A program made the position numbers and the translations under genes. The notes below the pieces were generated by a model. It saw only the letters and a list, made by a program, of their open reading frames with translations, was not told the origin of the DNA and ran no database searches. From positions 1 through 57,944 of the forward strand of contig CAZYNM010000008.1 in NCBI GenBank assembly GCA_964648715.1: 57,944 nucleotides of DNA, given 5' to 3'. This stretch comes from an uncultured Pseudomonadales bacterium. GTDB taxonomy: Bacteria > Patescibacteriota > Microgenomatia > UBA1400 > PJMF01. Each line of letters begins with the position of its first letter. Positions within the stretch are counted from its first letter, which is position 1. Shown one piece after another: positions 9,102 through 19,400 of this stretch.

Positions 9102-9407
9102 ATGCAGGTGATTGTTGAAGGCAAAAACGTACTCGTTACCGAGGCACTGCGGCTACATGCAGAGAAGCAAGCCCAAAAACTTGGTAAAGTATCGCACCTT
9201 ATTTCTGTTGTGCGTGTCTATCTTGAAACAGTTGCGAAAAAGCACAATGATCCGTCAGCAAACACGGCAACATTTCATATTGAGATGCCAGGCAAAGATG
9301 CCACTATTACTAAAAAAGCGGTTGATATGTACGAAGCTATTATTTCGGCTGCAGAAGGTGCGGTGCGCCAGGTGCAAAAAGCGGTAGAAAAACAGCGTTC
9401 ACATTGA
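9102..9407 (+). CDS. hpf: Ribosome hibernation promoting factor (short HPF/RaiA)
   Basis: IVEGKNVLVTEALR, DMYEAI..A; AAGGAGG SD. Confidence 0.9.
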   Translation: MQVIVEGKNVLVTEALRLHAEKQAQKLGKVSHLISVVRVYLETVAKKHNDPSANTATFHIEMPGKDATITKKAVDMYEAIISAAEGAVRQVQKAVEKQRSH

Positions 9408-9439
9408 GTTTCTAGCAAAAACAAGGTAAGCTAGGCAGT

Positions 9440-9790
9440 ATGGCGCAACAAGATCCTCTAGCTCAACTTGAAGAACTTCTGGCGAAGGCAAAAGGGCAGC
9501 GAGGTCAAACTGATGCTGTGACAGCACCCCCTTCTGGTCCCACACCAGAAGAAATTGCAGCAGAACAAAAAGCTCAAGCCGAACAAGCCCTCAAGCAGCA
9601 GGAAGCGGAGGCCGAAGCTCATCGCACAGTGGCACTAGAGCAAGTCCGTGAGCAAATGCATGGACTCAGTGATTCTCCTCAAGATAAAGCTCGCAGACAG
9701 CAAGATGAACAAAAGAAGGCAGAGAAACAAGCTCAGTCAGAGCAAATGGAAGGATACGAAATCCGCCAGATTACAAACACAAAAATCTAG
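9440..9790 (+). CDS. Hypothetical Q/E-rich coiled-coil protein
   Basis: 116-aa ORF, co-oriented with neighbours. Confidence 0.6.
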   Translation: MAQQDPLAQLEELLAKAKGQRGQTDAVTAPPSGPTPEEIAAEQKAQAEQALKQQEAEAEAHRTVALEQVREQMHGLSDSPQDKARRQQDEQKKAEKQAQSEQMEGYEIRQITNTKI

Positions 9791-9792
9791 GA

Positions 9793-10419
9793 ATGCAGCC
9801 TATGCAACAACCCAGCTTCAGACCTCGGCCTGGTGGGGGATTTAATCAAGGCTTAGGTCAGTTTGGAGAGCATCTTGATGAGCAAGCACTCCTACAAGCA
9901 GCACAGCAAAAAGCGTTGTCACAACAGTCTAGTTCCGTTTCACAAACTCCGGTAGCTCAGAATCCTACCGACACAGCTGCTCCCGAACCTCAATCTGCTG
10001 GAGGACCAAGCCTTTTTGATACGCTCATTACCGCACCAATGGAGGCTATTGGTAAAACGTTCTTATCTTTGCTGGGTCTTGATAAGCTGCTGGGAATAGA
10101 TACCAGTGCTCCGCAAACACCAGAGGAAAGAGCAAAAAAACAGACACTACTGCGAAGGTACAACCAATTAGACGATGAACAACAGGCTGTGGCTCGTACT
10201 CGCTACCAACAGCGTTTACGTCGTGAACAAATGCTCCAGCAAGAAGAGGAGCGGCGACGTCAATTTGAAGCACAAAAAGACGAAGCACCTCTTCAAGCAC
10301 AAAGTAAACCTCAATCTGGAGCTCAAGGGCCTGGCGGGCAGCGGTCTAAAAAGCAGCAGATGTTATCAAAATTACAACAGGACAGAAAGACCTTATCTGG
10401 TCCACAGAGTGCTGGCTAG
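9793..10419 (+). CDS. Hypothetical Q-rich protein
   Basis: 208-aa ORF 2 nt after the previous stop. Confidence 0.65.
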   Translation: MQPMQQPSFRPRPGGGFNQGLGQFGEHLDEQALLQAAQQKALSQQSSSVSQTPVAQNPTDTAAPEPQSAGGPSLFDTLITAPMEAIGKTFLSLLGLDKLLGIDTSAPQTPEERAKKQTLLRRYNQLDDEQQAVARTRYQQRLRREQMLQQEEERRRQFEAQKDEAPLQAQSKPQSGAQGPGGQRSKKQQMLSKLQQDRKTLSGPQSAG

Positions 10420-10433
10420 GTGAAAGGAAAGAT

Positions 10434-11147
10434 ATGAAAGAGAAAGTAGTGGTAGTAGGTATAGCCATGATTTTTTTTGGCTTGGTGTTTCCCTTGGTAC
10501 GTTGGGGGTCAGTGATTGTACAACCACCACAAACAATTACTGTGAGTGGCTATGCAGAGCGAGAAGAGAAAAATGAAGTCGCTCAGTTTTACGCTGGTGT
10601 GACTGCTACAAACGTTGATAAGCAGGTTGCTATTGATGAGGTAAATAAGCAAATGGCGCAAGTAATAGAAAAAGTTAAAGGGTTTGGCATAGCAGGTGCA
10701 GATGTCAAAACGCAAAGCTTGAGTGTGTACCAGGATCAGGAGCAAGTGACCGAAGGCGGTCGTCAGCGCTATCAAGCTGGGAACTGGCGAGTTAACAACT
10801 CAATCCAAATTAAGCTAAGAGATGGAGCACGCGCCAGTGAGCTTTTATCGTTATTGGGTGAGAGTGGCTTAACCGATATATCAGGGCCAAACTTTTCTCT
10901 TGACTCCAGTGATGATGGGCGTGCTGAATTACTTCAACAAGCTGTGGAAAAAGCAAAAGAAAAAGCAACCCACGTTGCTGAGGCAAATAAGAAGAAACTA
11001 GGTAAAGTCTTATCTATCTCAGAAGGCGTAGGAAACGGGCCAGTTATGTATGACTTTGCCCGCAACCAAGGTGGCGGTGGTGGTCCAGTTGAACCAGGAA
11101 CCTCAACAGTTGGCGCCACAGCAACCGTAGTTTTTGAGCTGAAATAA
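10434..11147 (+). CDS. SIMPL (DUF541) domain protein
   Basis: N-terminal TM, TITVSG, AVEKAKEKA..LGKVLSISE. Confidence 0.9.
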   Translation: MKEKVVVVGIAMIFFGLVFPLVRWGSVIVQPPQTITVSGYAEREEKNEVAQFYAGVTATNVDKQVAIDEVNKQMAQVIEKVKGFGIAGADVKTQSLSVYQDQEQVTEGGRQRYQAGNWRVNNSIQIKLRDGARASELLSLLGESGLTDISGPNFSLDSSDDGRAELLQQAVEKAKEKATHVAEANKKKLGKVLSISEGVGNGPVMYDFARNQGGGGGPVEPGTSTVGATATVVFELK

Positions 11148-11166
11148 CGATCCTTATGGTGAAACT

Positions 11167-11580
11167 CTATAACAGCTTGCGAGGGTGACGTGCACTTGTC
11201 GTGCTTCCAAATGATCCAATAATGTAGACACGGATGCAACTTCTGGAAAGTCCAGTCTGTGCACTGGCAGCTGTATTTTCCAGAGTATCAACATCTTTAA
11301 TCAGTGAGATAGTCCCACCTCGAGTTTGAAAAAGTGTCTTAGTTACTTCAATAGCTTGTGCAAGCACAGCCATACGATAGTCTAATGATCCTTCACCTCT
11401 GCGCACATCGTACTGGTGCGACATTTCCGTATTACCGAGATCTATTGTGGCAACATGATAGCCATGCTCATGGCCATCAATGATAGGAGTGTACTCAATA
11501 AAGCGAAGACTTTTTTCAGGCTCTAATCTTTCAAGTCGTTCGGGGTGTTGAGCACTTTCTTGCGCGGTACGGTGAGACAT
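11167..11580 (-). CDS. Hypothetical protein
   Basis: Strong SD AAAGGAGGT before ATG 11580; TATAAT upstream. Confidence 0.55.
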   Translation of the reverse strand: MSHRTAQESAQHPERLERLEPEKSLRFIEYTPIIDGHEHGYHVATIDLGNTEMSHQYDVRRGEGSLDYRMAVLAQAIEVTKTLFQTRGGTISLIKDVDTLENTAASAQTGLSRSCIRVYIIGSFGSTTSARHPRKLL

Positions 11581-11647
11581 AGACCTCCTTTGTGTGAGCA
11601 CATTATACAACAGACAAAGGTAGTCATCATGTTATACACTAATATGT

Positions 11648-14600
11648 ATGGCATTTAGCGAATCACGGCCACAAGTTACCCAAAAGCAAGAACGTCCACG
11701 CTTTGATGATGATCCTATTCGCCGAAGCATACTGTATGAAAAATGTTGCCAAATTCATAAGGCACAACTGGAAAAACTTCCGGACAAAAAAGCCAAAGCA
11801 CACTATCTTGCAAGTCACATTGATAAATCCTTCTTTGAAGTTGTGACCGGGCAGTTTGAAAAAGCACTGGGAGAGTGGTGGAGTGAAGACTTGATTCGTT
11901 TCTCAGCACTCAGTGATGAAGTTGTCAAAGAAATAACAGGTGATGTGTGGGAAGGAGCATGCCTGTGTATTGATAGTTTTCTCGAAAAAAATAAGCTGTT
12001 TACACAGCGAGACTTATCTTCAGCAATGTTTGTCAACGACATGCAAGAACGACGGCGTACAACGAGCATTGATGGTGTAGACATTATGCTCACCAGTGAA
12101 CGTGAGCTTTCTGCGATACGATATCAACTGACACTCCTTCGTATCCAAACATTAGAAAATGGTGCGAGCATCTCTACCGCAGACATGGAGCATACTGTAC
12201 AAAATGCTTTCCTTTTTTCGCAGCTTGAAAGAGATGAACCGGAGGGTTTATCAAGGCTCACTTTCCTGGTGAGAGAGATGCGCAGTGTTTTTCCTATGCA
12301 ACCAATCTGTCGGTATGTGTTCAATGAAAATAAAGACCTTTTGGAAGCAACAGAAACAGAAAAACTCATGAAGCTCAAGGGGATCTGGAAAAATGTTTTT
12401 TCTCTTTTTTTGGAAGTTGCTGCCCGCAAAGAGCTTACTGTCCACCCTTTAGGAAGAAGTTCGGCAGAAGCAGCAACACGTAAAGTAGGGCCAAATATAC
12501 GTAATTTTATTGATCAGCGTTCACATCAAGAAGTAGATCGTGCTGATTCATTGCTTGAGTCGCAATATGCTGGTCAAAAGCAGCAACTTCAGAAAGCAGC
12601 TAACTTGGCAATTATGGAATATTATGACAGGTTTCCTGCACTCCATGAGTTGCGGACAGTTTTTTCAAAGAGTGCCATTGACACCTTTATCAATACACTG
12701 CGTTTTGAGATTGCCACTCGTACTCGAGATAAACAGCAACTCAGTTCATTTGATATTCTTTATATGACTGAAACCGCAGAAGCACTTTTTGGTATAGAGA
12801 TGTTACAACATCTTTTTGGAAATGAGCATATTTCCAAAAACCCACCCATTGTTCGCCTTACACTATTATTCTATGTGTGCATGGGGCAAAATGGTTTTAG
12901 TTTTGGCAATGCCCGGCCACTTATTCAACAATGGGAACAGTTTATTCGACCCCATTTGACTGAGTATAAGGATACAAGCCCACCGTACCAAGAAAAAAGA
13001 ACTGGCACAGGACCACTCTACGACTTTAGGGAAAAAAAGTACGAGAAGGGATACCAAAGAGCACGTGACCGTTGGCAAAACAACGTTGCACTGCTCGAGT
13101 CAAAAGACTGCATCCGCAATGAAGAAGCAGAGGAATTTAAACAATTATTTGATAGTGCTATAACGCAACTTGCACCAAGCACAGATAAACTCACGACACT
13201 TATTGAGCTACAAAAAGCCTACCCAGCTGAAAGAAAAAAGCTGATAGCTGCGCTTGCTCTGCTGACAAGTGCAGTGGGCGGTAGTATTTTCCTGTGGCAA
13301 CTTGATATTAAGAGTGACTATCTTTTGTTGCAGTATAGGGTACTAGCCGTGATTGCTGCAGCATTTCTCCCTTCTTTTTACTTGCTCAATACCTATAGGC
13401 GGCAACGTCTTATTGCGAGATATGGAAGCGTCCGTTCGCTGCTTACCATATCTCCAGTACAACTTAACTCACTTGAGTATGCGCTGGAAGATATGCCGCG
13501 CAAAGATAAAAAAGGATTACGCAAGCTTGCGAGTGTTTCTGCTGCAACCCTGGCGATCTTACTCATGCTGCAGCTGGACATATCAATGCCAGGTAGCCTA
13601 GATACCTTACGCACTCAGGTTTCCCAGGGTGTCAGTGCTGCCAGCAGGGTAGGAGTTGGAGCCGCTGCCGCATTCTTTTCAGATGTTGGTGAGCTTGCTA
13701 GTTACCTTACAGATTACTTGATTGCACTGCTTCCAACACAAGAAACATCTCCATCTGAGAAACTGACAAATAATGAAAAAAACAACAAAATGGAGGATGC
13801 ACAGTTTACGACCTATGGTTCCCATAGTGACCTCACGTGGATCGACGAGACTGGTTACCTGAAGCCAGAGAGCGCATCTTATCAGCCTATTAGACTAGAG
13901 GAAGAAAGTAAGTTGCCAGTCATGCTACTTGATTCGGTAACGGCACTGCGTTCAGAAGTACTCAGCCAGGCACAACAAGGCAGGATAGTTCGCCTTAATC
14001 TTGATAAAGAGAACGCAGCATATGGTATTCCTCAAGGATATCGACCCAGTATGATTCTCTCCACACGAAGTGATGTTGTGCAGACGACTTCATCAGAGAT
14101 TGGTCTTGCGGTTAGTTTTTCTTCAGGCAGAAGTGGAAGAACAGCACTTGTGTATGAAGAAGATCCTAGTGGAATGACACAGCCACAGTCCTTTGTAGAC
14201 CTTCCTGACACTGATCTTATTCCAGATCAAAATTGGCAAAAAGGTGCACTCAAGTGGTTGCAACCACTTGAGGAAGAAGCGCGTAAATTACGTAAAAATG
14301 GTGCTACAGCTAGACAGATATTGGATCATCTAAAAGATGGTATCAGCCATCTTGGCATATCATATGGATATGAAGAGTATCTATCAACTGCAGATGTCCC
14401 AGAAGAGGAACTCATAGACCTATTTGCATTTGATAGCCAGGGAAAACCAACTAAGAAAGAATGGATCTGTACGCAATTTTCTCATGCACTCTATATACTT
14501 GCACGAGAAGCAGGACTTGATGTCCGTATCGCCAATGGAGCAATGCAGCTTACAGATGACATAAATGGTGGATATAAAGCCAGAAGACATCGCTTCCTTT

Positions 14601-15454
14601 TGTTTCGCGAGAAGCCAGGTGATGCATATGCATTTTTTGAAGCGACACTTCCGTCACTGACGGAGCCACTATTGCAGGAACCACAAGATGTTATTGATAC
14701 GCAGACAGAAGAAGACCCGCTTCTAAATGAAGCAAGAACAGAACAAAATATGCATCTTGCAGTGAACTGCCTTGCAGGCTTGGGTGCATTCTTGGCAATA
14801 AGTGGGATGGCTTTCTATGGGGTACGCAGGTACCGTTCCTACAAACAGGATCAGAGAGATGAAGCGTACTCAAACAGGTTTGATCGTTTGTCTAAAAAAC
14901 TCAAAGAGAATCCTCCTGAAGTACTCACTGCAGCATGGAGAATTATTTTTGCCTGTACCATTCAAAGTCCACTTAATTCTATCTATCGCGGCTCTCATGT
15001 AGCTCCTCGCCCTGTCAACTTTAAACCTGGAAAAGCGATGAATTATGAAGGTGCTGCATATCGCTGGTTTGACTTTCAAAAAGGAAGCGTTGTGCCATCC
15101 CAGGAAGAAGCAGCGCGAATTGTTGATCTGGCGCTCCACAGTTTTTCTGAACGTAGGTATACAACTCATGGCGAAGACCTTGCACTCTCCCAGCATATTG
15201 ATGAAATGTATGCTGCATTTGGTGCCGTGGCCAGTGAAGAAAGATTTGCCCGTGCTTCTAGAAGAAAGCGTTTTGTTAAAAGGATGATGAAACAGTTTTG
15301 GCAGACAAACATGGGTAGTCCTGTAACAGTCACACAGAGTCTTCAGATTGCTTCAGCTGCCATTACCAAGCAGATTGAAATGGAAGAATCGCTCTCTACT
15401 AAAGTGAAGATGCAAGAAGTTCGCAGTATCATTGAACTCTTACTTCCTGAATAA
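11648..15454 (+). CDS. Large multi-pass membrane protein with transglutaminase-like domain
   Basis: About 4 hydrophobic segments; ICTQFSHALYILAREAGLDVRIANG...H...EAT. Confidence 0.6.
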   Translation: MAFSESRPQVTQKQERPRFDDDPIRRSILYEKCCQIHKAQLEKLPDKKAKAHYLASHIDKSFFEVVTGQFEKALGEWWSEDLIRFSALSDEVVKEITGDVWEGACLCIDSFLEKNKLFTQRDLSSAMFVNDMQERRRTTSIDGVDIMLTSERELSAIRYQLTLLRIQTLENGASISTADMEHTVQNAFLFSQLERDEPEGLSRLTFLVREMRSVFPMQPICRYVFNENKDLLEATETEKLMKLKGIWKNVFSLFLEVAARKELTVHPLGRSSAEAATRKVGPNIRNFIDQRSHQEVDRADSLLESQYAGQKQQLQKAANLAIMEYYDRFPALHELRTVFSKSAIDTFINTLRFEIATRTRDKQQLSSFDILYMTETAEALFGIEMLQHLFGNEHISKNPPIVRLTLLFYVCMGQNGFSFGNARPLIQQWEQFIRPHLTEYKDTSPPYQEKRTGTGPLYDFREKKYEKGYQRARDRWQNNVALLESKDCIRNEEAEEFKQLFDSAITQLAPSTDKLTTLIELQKAYPAERKKLIAALALLTSAVGGSIFLWQLDIKSDYLLLQYRVLAVIAAAFLPSFYLLNTYRRQRLIARYGSVRSLLTISPVQLNSLEYALEDMPRKDKKGLRKLASVSAATLAILLMLQLDISMPGSLDTLRTQVSQGVSAASRVGVGAAAAFFSDVGELASYLTDYLIALLPTQETSPSEKLTNNEKNNKMEDAQFTTYGSHSDLTWIDETGYLKPESASYQPIRLEEESKLPVMLLDSVTALRSEVLSQAQQGRIVRLNLDKENAAYGIPQGYRPSMILSTRSDVVQTTSSEIGLAVSFSSGRSGRTALVYEEDPSGMTQPQSFVDLPDTDLIPDQNWQKGALKWLQPLEEEARKLRKNGATARQILDHLKDGISHLGISYGYEEYLSTADVPEEELIDLFAFDSQGKPTKKEWICTQFSHALYILAREAGLDVRIANGAMQLTDDINGGYKARRHRFLLFREKPGDAYAFFEATLPSLTEPLLQEPQDVIDTQTEEDPLLNEARTEQNMHLAVNCLAGLGAFLAISGMAFYGVRRYRSYKQDQRDEAYSNRFDRLSKKLKENPPEVLTAAWRIIFACTIQSPLNSIYRGSHVAPRPVNFKPGKAMNYEGAAYRWFDFQKGSVVPSQEEAARIVDLALHSFSERRYTTHGEDLALSQHIDEMYAAFGAVASEERFARASRRKRFVKRMMKQFWQTNMGSPVTVTQSLQIASAAITKQIEMEESLSTKVKMQEVRSIIELLLPE

Positions 15455-15484
15455 AAAGACTAGCAGCTGGTATACAATAAGCGC

Positions 15485-16966
15485 ATGCAGTTATACAACA
15501 CTCTTTCACGCACCATAGAGAAGGTGACAGGCTATTCCTCAAACCATTTGGGTTTGTATGCATGTGGACTAACAGTTTATGATTACACCCATTTGGGGCA
15601 TTTACGTAAATATACTTTTGATGACATCTTGGTGCGTGTACTACGTCATGCAGGCTTTAATGTCAAGTTTGTGCAAAACGTCACTGATGTTGGTCACCTG
15701 GCTTCAGATGCAGACACGGGCGAAGACAAATTAGAAAAGGGTGCTAAAAAATATGGTAAAAGTGTGTGGGATATTGCCCAAGAATTTGAAGACTACTTTT
15801 GGTACAGCATGGAGTTGATGGGCAACCTCAAGCCAGATGTCAGCTGCCGTGCCACTGAGCATATACAGGCACAACTGGCAATGGTGATAGAGCTTGAAAA
15901 AAAAGGCTTCACTTATGTAATTGGTGGTGATGGTGTGTACTTTGACACAAGTAAGTTAGACGATTATGGTAAATTGGCTGGGTTTGATCCCGATGCCTTG
16001 CAAGAGGGCGCACGGGTGGAGCCTGTTGCAGGAAAACGCAATAAAAGTGATTTTGCGTTATGGAAGTTTGAGCGTCCTGGAGAACACAGAGCAATGGTCT
16101 GGGAAAGTCCCTGGCACACGCGCAGTTTTCCTGGGTGGCACATTGAGTGTAGTGCAATGGCTATGCAGTACCTTGGCGCACAGTTTGAGATCCATACCGG
16201 AGGAATAGATCACATTCCAGTTCACCATACCAATGAGATTGCGCAGGCTGAAGCAGCCAGTGGTAAAAAACCCTTTGTAAAGTACTGGGTACACCACAAC
16301 TTCTTGAGAGTAGACGGTGAAAAAATGAGCAAATCACTGGGTAATTTCTTTACCATTGATGATGTTATAAAAAAAGGTTTTAGCCCTCGTGCGCTCCGTT
16401 TGTTGTTCCTTACCACTCACTATCGAAGCCAAATGAACTTTACTTGGGATACCCTGGAAGGTATGCAAAAGACGTATATACGTTTTCTCCAGCAAGTTGT
16501 TTCGTGCAAAAATGAAGCGGGAAGAACAGTCTTAAGTACAGAAAAATTAGAAAAAGTAGATACCTATAGAGCACGCTTTTATGCAGCGTTAGAACATGAT
16601 CTTAACACAGCTGAAGCAGTACCTATTGTGTGGGAAGTGATGAAGTCTAATATTCCTGGAGGTGATAAATACGACCTTATCGTAGAGTTTGATGAAGTGC
16701 TGGGGTTGGGTGTGCGTACTGCCGAAAAATATTTGACAGAGATCACATCACAACAAACAGCTACGACTTTTGCAGCCACTGATACACAGCTTCCAGCAGC
16801 AGTCCGCCAACTTTTGGCAGAACGTGCTGCAGCCAGGACTGCACGAGATTGGAATCAGTCAGACGAAAAGAGAGATGCACTCATCGCCCACGGGTACCGT
16901 GTTATTGATAAAACAAGTGAAGAACAGCTTGTCGTTCGGCTCACTGAAAACACGAACCCTGCATAA
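15485..16966 (+). CDS. cysS: Cysteinyl-tRNA synthetase
   Basis: [29 protein letters not shown]. Confidence 0.98.
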   Translation: MQLYNTLSRTIEKVTGYSSNHLGLYACGLTVYDYTHLGHLRKYTFDDILVRVLRHAGFNVKFVQNVTDVGHLASDADTGEDKLEKGAKKYGKSVWDIAQEFEDYFWYSMELMGNLKPDVSCRATEHIQAQLAMVIELEKKGFTYVIGGDGVYFDTSKLDDYGKLAGFDPDALQEGARVEPVAGKRNKSDFALWKFERPGEHRAMVWESPWHTRSFPGWHIECSAMAMQYLGAQFEIHTGGIDHIPVHHTNEIAQAEAASGKKPFVKYWVHHNFLRVDGEKMSKSLGNFFTIDDVIKKGFSPRALRLLFLTTHYRSQMNFTWDTLEGMQKTYIRFLQQVVSCKNEAGRTVLSTEKLEKVDTYRARFYAALEHDLNTAEAVPIVWEVMKSNIPGGDKYDLIVEFDEVLGLGVRTAEKYLTEITSQQTATTFAATDTQLPAAVRQLLAERAAARTARDWNQSDEKRDALIAHGYRVIDKTSEEQLVVRLTENTNPA

Positions 16967-16982
16967 GGTATACTATCTGTAT

Positions 16983-17192
16983 ATGGCAAAGCACGATCCA
17001 CTCAACATACGAACACTGCGTATCCCCAAAAAAGGCAAAAAATGCGCAGGTGTGTGTGCCGCTTGGGCACATTTCTTTGGAATTGATGTTACTATTGTTC
17101 GCATAGTATGGGTACTTTTACTGGTCCCGGGGGGACTACCCGGTCTCATACCATATTTGGTGTGTTGGGCATTGATTCCTGATGAGGAGTAA
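16983..17192 (+). CDS. PspC domain protein
   Basis: AGVCAAWAHFFGID..VRI..V...Y..W..IP. Confidence 0.85.
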   Translation: MAKHDPLNIRTLRIPKKGKKCAGVCAAWAHFFGIDVTIVRIVWVLLLVPGGLPGLIPYLVCWALIPDEE

Positions 17193-17199
17193 GTCAAAC

Positions 17200-18693
17200 A
17201 TGATTGATAAAAAAGCACGCACACGAGTAGTTGTGGTAGGTGGCGGAGTTGGTGGACTTGCCACGGCTGCGCTACTAGCTAAGGATGGATACGCTGTTAC
17301 CGTGCTTGAAAAAAACAAACAGCTTGGTGGAAGAGCGCAAGTGCTCACAAAAGATGGGTTCACGTTTGATATGGGACCATCCTGGTACATGATGCCTGAT
17401 GTGTTTGAGCGTTTTTTTGCAGAGTTTGGTAAAAAACCAGAGGACTATCTTACATTACTTGCCCTTGATCCACAGTATCGTGTGCACTTTGCTGATGGCA
17501 CCAAGGTAGACATGCATCTGGATATGAGAAAGAACAAAGCAGTGTTTGAAAACATTGAACGTGGCTCGGGGATTAAGCTTGATGCATATCTTGCAGAAGC
17601 GAAGCAAAAATATGAGTTATCACTGCGAACCGTTTTGTATAAAAATTGTGATACGATTTTTGACTTTTTTAGCTGGGATTTACTTAAGAATAGTCGTTTG
17701 CTTGAACCGCTCACATCAATGCAAACCTATATTAGTCGTTTTTTTGTTTCAGAAAAACTCCAACAAATTATTCAATTTACGCTTGTCTTTTTGGGAGGTG
17801 CACCCCACAACATGCCAGCGCTGTACAGTTTGATTTCCTATGTTGATTTTAAGTTGCATACCTTTTATCCCAAAGGTGGTATGTATGCACTCATTCTTGC
17901 ACTCAAAAAGCTTGGCAGCGAATATGGAGTAGAGTATGTGACCAATACCCCCGTTCTTCAGCTTGTTACCAAAGATGGCATGATCACAGAAGTTATCACC
18001 CAGAAAAAAACATACATAGCAGATGTTGTAGTGGCCAATGCAGACTATGCCCACGTTGAGTCCTTGTTCAGTGATCCAGCCCAGCGTATGTACAGTGATG
18101 TCTATTGGCAGAAAAAAACTGTCGCACCATCGGCATTCCTTATGTATCTAGGTATTCAAGGTAAAGTGCCACAGTTGGCGCATCACTCCATTTATTACGG
18201 CAAAGATTGGCAAGAACATTTTAGAGCACTATTTGAAGCACCACACTGGCCACAAGAACCCGCAGTTTACCTTAATGTACCTAGTATCACCGATCCCGGC
18301 ATGGCTCCCAAAGGACATACCGGCGTCATGGTCTTGGTACCCATAGCTAGTGGTCTATCTGAGACAGAGTTGTGGAAAGAAACCTATGGAGATTTCATTA
18401 TTTCATATTTGGACAAAGCACTTAAGCTCAATTTGAAGGATCGTATTGTGAGTAAAACCCTTTTCTCTGTGACAGATTTTGAGAAGGTCTATAACAGTTT
18501 GCGCGGCAATGCCTTGGGCGGGCTTGCGCATACATTGTTTCAAACAGGACCTTTCCGTCCACCAAATGCTCATGCCAATATTAAAAACCTCTTTTTTGCT
18601 GGGGCAAACACTGTACCAGGAATTGGGGTGCCACCGGCGGTGATATCGGGTCATTTGGCTCGTGAACGTGTGCGTTCCTGCCGTTTGCCATAA
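17200..18693 (+). CDS. crtI: Phytoene desaturase family
   Basis: GGGVGGL, GGRA, FDMGPSW, YPKGG, GANTVPGIGVP. Confidence 0.92.
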   Translation: MIDKKARTRVVVVGGGVGGLATAALLAKDGYAVTVLEKNKQLGGRAQVLTKDGFTFDMGPSWYMMPDVFERFFAEFGKKPEDYLTLLALDPQYRVHFADGTKVDMHLDMRKNKAVFENIERGSGIKLDAYLAEAKQKYELSLRTVLYKNCDTIFDFFSWDLLKNSRLLEPLTSMQTYISRFFVSEKLQQIIQFTLVFLGGAPHNMPALYSLISYVDFKLHTFYPKGGMYALILALKKLGSEYGVEYVTNTPVLQLVTKDGMITEVITQKKTYIADVVVANADYAHVESLFSDPAQRMYSDVYWQKKTVAPSAFLMYLGIQGKVPQLAHHSIYYGKDWQEHFRALFEAPHWPQEPAVYLNVPSITDPGMAPKGHTGVMVLVPIASGLSETELWKETYGDFIISYLDKALKLNLKDRIVSKTLFSVTDFEKVYNSLRGNALGGLAHTLFQTGPFRPPNAHANIKNLFFAGANTVPGIGVPPAVISGHLARERVRSCRLP

Positions 18694-19400
18694 TGGGCAA
18701 AGGTATAACGAATGTTGCTTGTTTGGTGCAGCTGCTGTGTCACAAAAAGGTAACTAATATACAGATATGTGGCCAGTGTTGATAGGATCCCATCCTGTCT
18801 AAATCGCCTATCTGACACATGTGCTACTGTAGAAAGTTGCCTAAATCCAGCGGCTTTTCCCGCACGGAAAATACAGTCAAGGTCATCTGTGAGGATAGTT
18901 GTTGTAAACCCCCCAATAGACCTCAAAGACGAGCGAGTAATCCAGAATGCTGAGCCTGCACCAGCTGGGTAATAGTGCTGCCCACACCAAAAAACTGCAT
19001 TGAAAAATGTATAGATATACTTAATACACACTGAAGTTGTGTCGGGCACATACCGTGGACAAGCACAGCCAACTGCTGTGTGTGTTATCTCACGGAGGCT
19101 TTGTTCTGCAAAGTGAGGGTCGAGCCATACATCAGCATCCAAAAAAAGGATGTACTGTGTCTGTACCGTATCAGCACCCAACTGACGTTGTGCCCCCACA
19201 CCTGGTTTTGTGGTTATAACTGTGACTGGTAATTGATCAGAGTATGATAAGGCAATCTTTCGTGTATCATCTGTGGAACTGCCATCAATAATAAACACAG
19301 CATGGGGAAGGTGCGTCTGTCTGCACAGTGATTTAAGCAACTTTCCGAGCAGTCGCGCCTCATTGAGAGTAGGTATGCAAATACTGTAGGACGGTTTCAT
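18651..19400 (-). CDS. Family 2 glycosyltransferase (probable carotenoid glycosyltransferase)
   Basis: IPTLNE, DGSSTD, FLDAD, SDRRF; start overlaps the elongase stop. Confidence 0.8.
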   Translation of the reverse strand: MKPSYSICIPTLNEARLLGKLLKSLCRQTHLPHAVFIIDGSSTDDTRKIALSYSDQLPVTVITTKPGVGAQRQLGADTVQTQYILFLDADVWLDPHFAEQSLREITHTAVGCACPRYVPDTTSVCIKYIYTFFNAVFWCGQHYYPAGAGSAFWITRSSLRSIGGFTTTILTDDLDCIFRAGKAAGFRQLSTVAHVSDRRFRQDGILSTLATYLYISYLFVTQQLHQTSNIRYTFAHYGKRQERTRSRAK

